A DNA stretch of 63,971 nt, counting the filler, from Craspedostauros australis (Eukaryota): the NCBI GenBank assembly GCA_030167865.1. It is 18 parts of 18 records of this genome, joined end to end, with 100 filler letters (N's around TTAATTAATTAA, not from the genome) between each part and the next. Parts side by side here need not be neighbours in the genome. Positions count along the whole stretch, not along the records: positions 23,083 to 34,291 come from JALAGF010002916.1; positions 34,392 to 37,089 come from JALAGF010002917.1; 16 more parts are not named here. One strand, 5' to 3'. This document shows, piece after piece, positions 23,356 through 34,623 of the stretch (its first letter is position 1; each line of letters begins with the position of its first letter). The position numbers were made by a program, and so were the translations under genes. The notes beneath the pieces are model-generated. The model searched no databases and was not told the DNA's origin. It saw nothing but the letters and a program-made list of their open reading frames with translations.

Positions 23356-26300
23356 TTACGTCTGTGTATTGGGAAGCTGCCGGGGGTTGGGGCTTGGCTC
23401 GCGTAGTGGCGGTGTTCGGGCGGTGCCGCCGTGTGTGTGGGCGTGGCTTCGACGGCTATGGTTGCGCATCCAGTTTACTAGCACCTTATCGGCTGGCGGG
23501 GCAGAGTCGCCTAGGCCTTGACGCAACGCTTGGACCCACGGAACGAGCTGGCTGATCGCTTCGGTGCTCGGAGGGTGCTCCCAGAGTGGCCGCAGCACAG
23601 CTGGTATGGTGGCCGGCAGCTGTGTACGCAACGCTTGGAAGTACTGGAGCAGAATCGGAGCCATGTCATCCGAGGCGAGGTTCACTTGGGCCTCGTTTCG
23701 ATCCTGCCATTGGGCTAGCACGGCGTGCCACAGGGTGTTGGTGACACTGGTCTGCCAGTCATGGAGCAACCGAGGGCTCCGCCTGCGACGATGGGGCGCC
23801 ATGGGTGGTGCTTGTATTCCCACTGGTGGGCCCATCCTCCCCAGACCATGGCAGTCCAATCAATCTTGCTTTGCTGCAATTGTATTGCCTTGGTGGGGGA
23901 ATCGCGGATGCCAGACGGCGGAAGACCGCTGGTGGTGATGCGTTGGATGGCGGTGCACACCGGCTGGGCGACGGCCGGTGGTGTTGTGGGTGGTCGCACG
24001 ATTGACCGCACCTTTTGTAACGCCTTGGTCCAGAGGGCGCGGCTGGATGCGCCAGGGCACATAATGATGTGAGAGTTGTCCTCAGATAGCCCGCACCTAG
24101 GGCAGCGTTCGGACTTTGCCTGTTGTCTTCTCGCCATATTCTTGCCGCTGGCGCTGGTGCCTGTCATGAGTTTGAGCAGGGTGCGTCGCTTGCCGCCTTT
24201 CCATCTCCGTGAGACCGAGCGCAGAGGTGACCAGTCTACTTCAGCCGGCTGGCTGCTTCCCCATCTATCACACCATTTGGCTCGGATGTCGTTGCGTAGG
24301 AGGGCTTTGGATACTGTCCAGTAGTTGAGGTCAGAGAGCGTGCCGCGAGCTGTGCTTAGATGCCATCCTCCGGTCGGAACCACAAGCTCAGGGGTGGCCA
24401 GCCCAGGCTGGGCGAAGGCTGTGTCCCAGCGGCGGCCTGCGTGCACATCTGCGAGCACGTTCATTTTCTCCCAGTCTGACAGCTGGCGGCCGTCGTCATC
24501 AGCGTGGCCTTGAACCTCTTGCTGCCGGAACCTCACTGGAGACCTCTGTAGGCATCTGACCAGTTCAGACCACAGGTCGTGGTTGGGCTTGCCGGGCTCT
24601 GGCCATTTGAATGGATCGACCACTCGCAATGCTCTGTTGTTATTGCACGCGATTGTGGCCGCGCCTTGGACTCCTGCCCATTCGGCTACCGAGGTGATGA
24701 TCCACACTGTCATGAGTACGCCGGCAAGCTCCGATCGATTTGAGTCTGTGGCATGCGACCCGGCCGGGACTTCTGACGCTGCGACGATTTGGTGGGTGTC
24801 GTCGCTTGGGTTGTGCTGGATGACGGTGGCTGCCGTCCCCTGGTTGTTTTTGGCGGATGCGTCGCTGCATGCTGAACACGTGCCCTCGGCAATGGCTTGG
24901 ACCAGGCAGTGGATGTTGCCTCGGACTTGGACGTTGGACAGCATGTGCGATTCCGCCGGCCCTTTGCTTCGCAGCCATTCGCGCAGTGTGGCTGGAGTCG
25001 GTGGCCTGCGTATGCGTCCTCTGGATATGATGACCATGCCTGACCGCCTTGGTGCTCGGTCGACCACAGTGACGGACGCCACTCCAGGCCTGTCAGCGGC
25101 TGAGGCCTGACCTGGCAGCAAGATCGCCCCGTTCTGCTGGGTGGTGGTACGCCTTGCCGGGATGAGCAGCCATGGCCCCAACGTGTGCCGCATGTGCCAT
25201 CCTGGTCGATCTGTGGCCACGAGCGTCGCCAACACTTGGTCCCACGCCTCCCAGGCTTTCTTGGAGACACTTCCCACCGATGGCCATTTTGTGGTCCCAG
25301 CTGGCAGACGTGAGCGCTGGAGGATGCGTGACCGAACCTGATCTCCTTGGGCGTTGGCAATGTCCGACAGCCAGAGCACTCGTAGATGCATTCTGGCCAC
25401 ATTTGCCTGCGCAATTATGGAGCGATGAACCCCGGCGAGTATGGCGAGGTGCATAACGGGGGCGTCTCCTTCTCTCGGTGGTGTCTCCTGGAGGTGTCGC
25501 TCTGTCATGACGATGCCCAGTTCCGTGGCCGATCGGAACGTGTCCTGCCACCACGTGGTCGCCGTCCAGGCTCTCCACTCAGTTTCGGTCTGTTGGAGAC
25601 GGCCGGGGAGTCCTGTCCATAGCTCCAGGTGCCGCAGGGACGTGCGTAGCAGCCGGCCTGTGTCTGTGGGCCGTTCGAAGTGTCTCACTATCATTGTCAG
25701 GTGTGCGACCACTTGGTTGGTGTAGAGGTGCGGAACTCCCAGTCCCATGTCGTCACTGTGTCCGAACACATAGTCCCTCGCGATGGTCCTTGCAATCCCC
25801 ATGGATGGCAGTGCAGTGGTGAAAGCTGCGCTCATTACTGCTTCCCATTGTGTGCGAGACATGGTGGTAGCTGGGGAGGTGTATGTGAGAGCTGGCCACA
25901 GCACTGATTTCGTGGCAATCTTGACGTCCTGCTTGTGAATTCGGGATGTTCGGATTTTGTTGGCCCATTCCCTTGATTTCAGCAGAGGATATTCCGCATG
26001 CTCCGTTTGCCGTCCATCTCGCCGCGACACCATGCCCAAGTATTTGGATGCCGATCTGGGGCTGGAGATGGCCAGTTGGGTCTTGTTGCCTGTGGGGTTG
26101 CGCATGTGAATGCTCTGGGTTGGAGCGGTGAGATCGTATACCCACTTGACTCGGTTCCACTTGAACCGTATCAGCTGCCAGAAGCTCTTCGACGGCTCCA
26201 ACGCTCCTCCCATGGCCGTCAGCAGATCATCCCAACTGCTCATAGCTGTTTGAAACATCGCTGCTTGCTCGTTGGGCTGTGCCGTCAGCAGGCTGTGCAT

Positions 26301-28967
26301 GACATTGGTGTCGTCGACATAGGCTGTGCCCACTATCATGTGCTGCTCGTTGGTGATCGGGTTGTGAACCCTGAGTCCGTGGCCCTGTGACCGCATGCTA
26401 TCAATGATGGCAGAGCTGATGAGCAGCCAGCCCGTCGGCGCCAATCCTAGTCCCTGCACCAGGCCTTGCAGGTGGTTGTGGCGCTGTTTGCCTGAGTATG
26501 AGGACTCTGATGTTCCTGCCGATGTGCGGATCCTGTGTGTCATAGACTGAAGTGTGTTCAGGGTGCTTGTGATGGGAGGCTTGGGCACTCCTTGCCTTTG
26601 AAGGGCCAAGCTGAAGATGGGGTGTGCGATGCGGTCGTAGCATCCTTTCGCGTTGTTTGAGCATATTGCATAGTGCGCTCCTGTGATTTGGTGGATGTCG
26701 TCAATTAGAACTGAGTTGAGCAGGACTTCTTGTGCGGTGTGGGCCTTCCTGCTGCCATACTGTTCAGCTGCGATGGTGCCTTGGAACTCTGCGTGGGCAC
26801 AAGCTTGCTTTCCTAGGAGGCAATTGTTCATGTTGAAGTCGCCCTCCATTAGCCCAATTGTCCGGGTCTGGGTAACAGAGAGGTCGCCAGGCTTCTTGCG
26901 GAGCTGGATGTCCACGCACTGTTGCCACCTCTTGAGACTGTATCCTGTGCGATAAGGGATCTCGCGCATGACAGCATCGATGGTAGCCAGAGTCTTGTCG
27001 GTAGCATTGACCTTCCAGCACCCAAAATGGACTCCTGACGGTCCGGACGAGGTGCTCTCCTTGATCTTTGCCCATCCTTGGGAATGGTCAGGCTGGCTGA
27101 TCTGGAGTTGGCCGGCGTCCCACTCTGTTGTTCCAGAGGGTTTCTTGAGAGCTTGTAGCAGATCTCGTGTGCGGGCCTCGATTTGCGTCGGGACTATTCC
27201 GTGGAGCACCGCTGTGGCCACAGAGTGAGTGCCGTAGCGTCCGAGCGCGCGTTTGAGAGGCCTTTGGCACACCTCTGCTCGCCATGCTTGGCTGTACTTG
27301 TCCACGTTGTTGTTGCAACAGGCCCTGGCAACGTCTTCTCCGGACGTAAGCAGTCGCCCACTACCACCTGGTCCATTGTCTACCACTATCGACACTTGCG
27401 CGTCAGACCCTGCGGCCTGCAATGACCACTTGATACTTCGGTATATGGCCTTTGTCTCCTCGCGCTGAAGTATTTGAGCTCGGTATTTGGATGTGTTGCG
27501 TCCAGATCGCGTCACTTCTGCTTCGTCTTCTGCCAGGAATGTCCATCGGTGGGTGTCTGCGTTGCGTTTTTCTTGTTTGTACTCCTTCCATGCCGAGTTC
27601 TTGTGGTGCTGCATTTCGGCTGTCGTCATGCCTCTCGTGCGCGTCGTCAGCTTGGCCTTTTTTGGCCGTGTCTACTGTCCGTCCGTTGATTTGGTGACCT
27701 TTGCGGCGCTTGACGCTGAGCGTCCAGAACTTGTGCTCCCAATGGAGCCTCGCCATGATCGGTGAGAACGGTACTTGTCCTGTGCGCACTTTCCTGCACT
27801 TGCTTTCGGCGTGTAGCATCGCCGTCACCCTGTCGTTGCCAGTGACTCCAGCCTTCTCGCTTGCAGCGGTGAGATCGGGCCTGCGCCGATGTCAGCGTCA
27901 AGTTCTTGTGCCCTTTGTAGGAGCTTGAGTGTGGTGGCTTGCGCGGTGTACACTTGCTTGTACTTCCTCACCGTTGCGGGTTGGTTCATCTGGAGTCTAC
28001 GTCCTCGAAATGGCATCGTAGGCGTCTTGGTCGGCCCGAAGAGACCGGCTTCGCCCACATCCATCCATATTGTTCTGTGGTCCCAGCTGCCGTAGGCCGT
28101 GGCGCCGAGCTTTGTCGGCCTGATATCGCTCGTTGCCCATATTCTGTCGATGGGGACGTGGCTCCTATTCCGGATCATGGTTGCGTAGGGCCGGGTGATT
28201 GCTGTGGTGTGGTGCTCTCGTAGCCCTTCCGCTGACATCATGTGGGCGATCTTGGACCGTCGGATGTCCATATTCACGTCTCCTCCTATGACCACGGACT
28301 CGCCTGCTTGTTTCCGCTGCGCTATTTGGGTGCTGAGATCTTGAATGAGGAGGTCGATGGGGTCCAGCATGGACTGCCGTTGCGCCGCTCTGACCGCTTG
28401 CTGGTTGTAGACGGTGCCTGCTGTGTGTGTCGATTTGGTGGGAACGTACACTGACACTGCGCGAACTTTGATGCCTTGTCTGCCCTGGAGGAGCACGCTC
28501 GCCCATCTGCCGCACTTTTCCGGGTCGTTGTCGCGAGCAAGGACTCTCCCTGCAAGTTTGCCATGCACCACTATCGCTGTGCCTCCCCATTGCCTTGGGT
28601 TGCTGTGCTCGGTGCGGCAGTGGGCTGTGCTCGTCTTCGTCATCCTCAGATGCTGGTCTGCTCTGCGGTCCAGGGTCGCTTCTGTGGGTATTTTACTCCA
28701 GTTAAGGCCAACCTCTGTGAGCATGAGGATGTCTATTTTGTGTTATTTGACCGTCTGCCACAGGTCGTCGTTCTTTGGGTCCGTGGCGTCCGGCGGTATG
28801 CTGCCCACGTTGAGTGCGGCTATTCTGATTTGGGTGGCCGGCTTGTTGTCCGTCTTTTGCCCCAGGTGTTGTAGCTGGTCGCTCGATTCATCCGATCTCG
28901 AGCGTCCGGTGTTGTCGGGTCCGTTGCGGTTCGGGCTGAACTGTGTCTGTCTGTGGCTGCCTATCAT
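23356..28967 (-). pseudogene. LINE ORF2: AP endonuclease, reverse transcriptase, RNase H, CCHC finger
   Basis: APE motifs LNVG, LTEVGLNW, GGDVN, PIDRIW, WDHR; RT motifs AKGCYDRI, QGLVQG, AYVDD, KYLG; RNase H motifs SDAS, RSELAG, VQGHAD; CPRC-x7-H-x3-C. In-frame stop at 28743-45 and frameshifts near 27830, 27630 and 23800. Confidence 0.9.
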
Positions 28968-30079
28968 GGCGACTGGCCTCCATTCGGCGGCGGAGGATCG
29001 CCGTGGGGTTTGCCCAGTTCTTGACGGAGCGCCTGCACTTGTGCCAACAGCTGTGCCTCCCTTGTCTGAGTCTGGTTGTATTTGGTGTTGGCGCCGGCGC
29101 GCAGGATGCTTTCCGGATTGGTGGCGTTTTGGGGGTTGTGGCTTGGAGTTTTGGAGCCGTCGTCGCTCTCGTCGTCCGCAGTTGGGTTGGGCACAGCTGT
29201 GTATGCTGAGTCCATCGACTTGTTGGCGGTGCCGATCGTTGAGTTGGGGTTGAACAGGCTGCGGTTGTCCAAGGCGGCGGGTCGGTGGTTGGTGGGCATC
29301 ATCTCTGGGATGTTTGTGATGATTTCGCTGGCTGGGAATTCCTCGTCGGCGATGTCCTCGAGGTTGTGGGTATCCGGGGATGTGTAGTCGTTTGTCTCCG
29401 GGTCGTACACTATGTTGAGACTCGCTATCCACACTTCCAGGCTGAACCATTTCTCTGCCTTGGGTCCAACTTTGTGCCTGGAGATGGCCGGCAGGAGACT
29501 CATGAAGTGCTTGGCTTCCTCGAGGTACTCTGGGAATGAGTGTGCGACGATTTGGTCGTCCGTGCCTCTCGCCCTGTCTACACTGTGGACGATTCGTTTC
29601 CCTTCGTCGTTTGTTTCTCTCAGGATGAGTTTCCGGAGGGTGATGGAGTGGCTGTCGTTACCTTTGACTTTCTTGTCAAGGTGTAGCACACCGTCAGAGT
29701 CGGAGTACTCTATCACCGATAGGATGGCTTGATGTTTCGCCACCAGTCCGTCGAGGAATTCACTCTTCTTTTGGGACAGTTGCTCGTACTTCTTGTCGGG
29801 CAAAAACCGGAAGTTGGTGGCTCCCGGCCTTTCGTCTTTGGTGTTGAACAGGTTGGTCACCGCTTCCACTGCAGCATATGCCTGGGATCGTTCGACCTCC
29901 AGCTTCACTGCTCGCCACGGTTGTACCGTCCAGTGCCTTTGCCGTCCTTGTATTTCTCCCTGGTCTCGTCACTGACTTGAATGATGTTTTTGATCTTCCC
30001 TCCTACCCTGATGTTGCTGTTGGTTCTTCGGAAACTCTGGTTGATGATCTCCACTGTGCTGTCAACGTCTGTGAACCCT
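28964..30079 (-). pseudogene. LINE ORF1, 5'-truncated
   Basis: 314-aa ORF (28964-29908) directly upstream of ORF2. Coding-like sequence continues in another frame up to the LTR junction. Confidence 0.7.
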
Positions 30080-30880
30080 TGTTGGCAAGTTCCGTGATTG
30101 GTAGCCTACGATCGTGGAGGGTGGTGTTGGTTGATAGTTGTTCGTTTGCTATTTCATTTCTTGGCTACTCCGATCCTCTCTGTGTACGCCCGTTCTCTTG
30201 CCCGATGCTCTTGGCACTTCAATTGGTCTTGTAGATTCGGTCGTCCGACTATGAGTCGGTACGCGAGATGCTCTCTCGCTCCTCTCTGTATTCTCTCTCT
30301 CTCTATCTCAGCATCGCGTGCTTCGTGCTACGCGATATTACATGTTCAAAGCGTACTCCGCATTCGACACTCCGTTCGTTCAGTACTGGTTCCTACTCCA
30401 TGAGTACTTACCATTTGAAGTTCACCTTCTGTATCCATGATGCTGATCCCCTTCGGTCATCGGATCTTCGCCTCCTGCTCTGACTTGGAGACAGATGTCG
30501 ACGTGATGACACGATGACATCCTGTTGACGTCAGTAGGCGTCCTTCTGCTTTCCAGATGCCACGTTCCATTGGTGATGCAGTGGTCTGTCAGATGATATC
30601 GTCATCTGAGGTTTAGTTGGGAAGTACCTCGAGATTCTCTTGGTACCATTGATGGATGGACGGACGATGTTCTAATTCTCTCAGAAATCGTCGATTGCAA
30701 ATTTCCTCCAGAAATTCTGCTCATTTTCGTGTGTTCCGTTTCCGCTGTAATTCTGACGAATCACAGCATACTATCGACACGAATGTAGTTATACCGTCCA
30801 AGTGCGTATGAGAGAATAACGGGTGAACGATGCACATATACACGTACATCTCGGCATATACTCACATGTACATCTCGACA
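30080..30880. mobile_element. LTR family A copy (801 bp), no matching TSD
   Basis: TGTTGGCAAG...CTCGACA; highly similar to 44653-45474 and to the reverse complement of 61520-62332; flanks AACCCT and TGAATA differ. Confidence 0.85.
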
Positions 30881-31234
30881 TGAATAAGTTCCCAACCAGG
30901 GTGTTCCCGTGACAAATGGAAGATTGTGATCTGATTGAATGAACCGATCTGTGTGATGCCTACGACTCGGCGATGTCTAAGGCATCGAAACTATCAGCGG
31001 AGGACATCGTGCTTTTGTGCATGAACATGGGGTACTTGGTGGGGCATGCATGTCCATGATGAATTTGCGATGAGTGCAAGATGGATGCCTGCTAAACCAA
31101 CAGAGGGACCCATGGTGATCTCAGAAGGAGATCAGACTTTGAAGTTGAGAGCAATGAAGAGCTCACAGTTCAGAGAAGTAGATTCTAACAAACAATTAGC
31201 TTTCTACTATCACCACCACCCTGGATTTCCAACA
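30881..31234 (-). mobile_element. LTR-like family B fragment
   Basis: The reverse complement starts TGTTGGAAAT and aligns with 45601-~45930. Confidence 0.65.
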
Positions 31235-31547
31235 TAGGTTGGTTGTGCTGATCTTGAGTTGTGCTATTAGTTATTTAGAATAGTCTGCATTGTGAGTTGA
31301 TCAGTTTGAGATGTAGGATGAAGAAACGATACTCAGAGTTGTAGTTGATGAGGAAGTAGTTGATGTTGATTGTAGTTGTTATGATTTAGAAGTTGGGATT
31401 ACAATTACATCTACGTGTAGAATTGTGTGTGTTGTGGAGCGGTTGATTTTGGCAAGTTGACAGAAACGATCGCGACTTTGCCGTTTGTGAAACGACAATT
31501 TCCAATCGTTTCTCACTTTTGTTCGTGGATCGACCTTCCGTGAACAG

Positions 31548-32224
31548 GGACACCCGGCAAAATGGGTCGAATTAGTCGATATTGGAGATGACTGACCCAG
31601 CCAATCAGAGCTTTCTGTATTGGCGATGACAACTGTTTTCCCGAGAAGAAAGTTCTTGATTCAAACTAGTGTTCTCGGGAACTCTTTGCGGGTCACAGAC
31701 GCCAATTTCATTTATGGGACACATGGGCAGAAACTCCGAGAATGACCTTCGCTAAGTTTGCCTTGGTTAAATCCCGAGCAATCGTGCCAACACCAAACCC
31801 CTGATTTATTTAGACGTCATTCGAATTAAATAGACGTCATTAGATTTATTTAGACGTCATTAGAAATAAATAGTCGTCATTAGATATATTTAGACGTCAT
31901 TCGAAATAAATAGTCGTCACTAGATTTACTTAGACGTCATTCGAAATAAAAAGTCGTCATTCGACTTATTTAGATTTAGGCGCTGATTGTCATCGGTATT
32001 GACGGGACTCGGTCATTTGGGCCAGCGGCATCGATGCCTCGTTGTATTTGTCCGAAGTAGGACCAACAGGATGCCTCACTAAGTTCTTCGAAAGGAGGTT
32101 CGTTCTTCGCCAATCGCGGAATGTCAATTGCGGCTTTCTTGTGTCTGGTGACAAAATCGGTTTTGGATGTCGAATTAGTCGTACTAGTCGAGTTTCCGTC
32201 TCCGCTGCTTTTTGCCGGGTGTCC
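31548..32224. mobile_element. Complete 677-bp Harbinger-type non-autonomous element
   Basis: TIR GGACACCCGGCAAAA / TTTTGCCGGGTGTCC; CAG on both sides (31545-47, 32225-27). Confidence 0.9.
31803..31975. repeat. 20-bp tandem array (~8.5 units) with alternating variants
   Basis: GATTTATTTAGACGTCATTC alternates with GAAATAAATAGTCGTCATTA. Confidence 0.9.
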
Positions 32225-33091
32225 CAGCCACATGGTCACACATGTGCATGACAAGATGTGACAAGATGTTGCAAACCGACAGCCATTTTCACAAGACAAT
32301 GCGCGACTGTAGTTCCGCATAAATCTTCTGTTGTCATTTTGTGTTTGTCACATGGTTCTATATATGTTATCTTATGGGTGGATGGAATCCAATGCTGGAT
32401 TCCATCCGCGGTCACATGATGATTTGGATCCCATGCCGGATCCAACCATCTGCAACTCTCAGTTGGATAGTGTGGCTCTGCACTGACCATAAGAGGTCCA
32501 GTGTTGAGAAAGGATGATCTCTTCCTCTCTCATTCTCTCTCTCTCTCTGCTATCTGTGGTAGTCATTCTATGCTCGAGTACAATGGCTTGACATCTTGGT
32601 TGAGGTTGTGTTTCGAGAACACAGGTTGTCAGGCGACGGGAATCGGTGTTAGATTCCCTGCTCATGTTGAAGCAGGGAAGTTCTCCTTGCCACTGTCGTG
32701 CAGGGTTGTCAGCTAGCATAGCTGATAATGGAATCAGAGTTAGATGCGACACGATATCTCAGAGGAGCATAGTTCCCGGAGTGTATTGATCCCATTGACT
32801 CAAGTAAGGTTTGAGTCAGCAGTAATTCATGAGTGATAGTGGGAGAAGGAGGTAAAGGAGGGATTGTTCCGTATTTGTTGGTGGGAGGTTTCGCGCCAAA
32901 ATTGACGCGCCAATAACAAATTCATGGTGAGACAAGGAACACACTAAGTGGAATGTAGTCCGTTCTTTAGATGAACTTCAACTAAGATGGAATTAGGCTG
33001 TGCTTAATTGAACTTCAATTCGCTCTCTTCGGTTTTTGTTTCTGTTGTTCTCGTCCAAATGTGACAAAATCGTAAATTGCCTCGCCCTCTG

Positions 33092-34291
33092 GAACACCCA
33101 ACATTTTGTCCGATTTTCACTTTTCTAGCTCGTGATCTAATTTACCGGGACTTAATACACTGCGTTGAGACAGAAAAGTGAATCGCCTGAAATCCTGAAA
33201 ATCGTAGATAGGGTTACGCTATTTCTATTTAATTGTCGTTGGTCCAGGCAAGAGAGAGACCGGACAAAAGCGGAGAAACTTGGTCAGACCGGACAGACCG
33301 GACAGACCGGACAAACCGGACAGACCGGACAAAACTCAAGAATTTATCGAACTATTTAACGGACGGTTAATCGAATATAACGGACATTTGGATCGTGAAG
33401 AAACAGACAAAACTACTTCGCACGGAGTGACGCAAGCCAACCCAAACCACAAGAACAGATCAGTGAAACAAGACAACAAGCCAGCTTCGCACTGAAGTAT
33501 GGCATCATGCCAATGCAAATGTCCAGTTCTATTGTGTTATGTGTGTTGTTCTTATTACTGTTTTGTGGTATGACATCAAATCTCAAAGAGTTCTGCTCCA
33601 TCATCCTGATGGTATTGCACAATGACACAAATGGCTTCAAACACATGCTTCTGCTTTTCTGTGCCATGCAAAAAGTGATCTCCAGCACGCTGAAGAACTC
33701 CAGTCTCTCATTGAAGGTCTCATGATGCAACCGTGCTCTGCTCTTGAAGTTTTCAATTTCTGGCCCATCGAGCTCATTTGGTGTTCACATCATATTCTTT
33801 TTCCATACGACTCGTCCTGTGCCCACGATCAGCAATGATGACTTTTCCGCCTGTGATCTGATGCAACAATTCTTTACAACAAATAGTCAAGTCATGTTTA
33901 CCTCCTTGGTGGAGCCCGTGGATCCCAACACACTTTGAGTGGCACACAATGATTGCGATCTCGTATTTGAGAGCACCGTGGTTGAACTTCTTCGAGCCCC
34001 ATGCCAGATCTGTGTTGAGTGTTGAGTGTTTCTNCTCCCATACATGAAAATCTGTGCTGTCAACTGTGGCAATGAAAGCTGTTCCCTCTTGATCATTCAA
34101 TGAGCTTGGCCAAACAATCATGTCAGCTTTCATTGCTGCAATCATTTTGATCCAGCACCATAGATGACTCCATATTGCATACTATCAAAATATCCCATAT
34201 GCTGCATCAAGGATGTTGGCATTCTTTGGATAGGTCCATAGAAAGCATAGAACTGCAAGGAACATTCAGAAGCCTCTTCCAGTGTTGTCAT
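33092..34291 (-). mobile_element. Decayed autonomous PIF/Harbinger-type element with DDE_Tnp_4 transposase pseudogene
   Basis: Terminus CTG|GAACACCCAACATTTTGTCC; ACCGGACAG-type 9-bp repeats at ~33283-33332; translated pieces TVDSTDF, SKKFNHGALKYEIAI, IADRGH and HETFNERLEFFSVL match HARBI1-like D, D, E motifs. Confidence 0.8.
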
Positions 34292-34623
34292 NNNNNNNNN
34301 NNNNNNNNNNNNNNNNNNNNNNNNNNNNNNNNNNNTTAATTAATTAANNNNNNNNNNNNNNNNNNNNNNNNNNNNNNNNNNNNNNNNNNNNTGATTGGTA
34401 GTCTCCAATCCCTTGTAGCTTGATAATTCTCACTTGGTCTTGGTTCGTACCCAGGGGTACGCGCTTCGCGTTGGCGGACAGTCGTGAGAAAACCAAGACC
34501 AAATATTTTTGGGGGGAAATTGTCAAATTGGACTAATCCGATTACAAGGAAACTCCGAAGAGTGTCCTGCTGTCGGATGTCCAAGGCCTCATGTTGTAAC
34601 TGCCAGCGTCAAGGCGATCATCA

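Larger units (their letters stand above)
23244..30079 (-). mobile_element. Non-LTR retrotransposon (ORF1 + APE-RT-RNaseH-Zn finger; Ambal-like diatom LINE), decayed and 5'-truncated
   Basis: Contains the two ORFs below; AATAAA on the minus strand near 23312; (TA)7 tail at 23244-23257; 5' end cut by the LTR at 30080. Confidence 0.9.

Noticed and set aside
31803..31975. CRISPR-like array
   Set aside because: The units are contiguous with no unique spacers, no cas genes are present, the context is eukaryotic and the array lies inside a MITE.
32502..32918. Possible further solo LTR (TGTTGAG...TAACA)
   Set aside because: No TSD and no second copy in the window.
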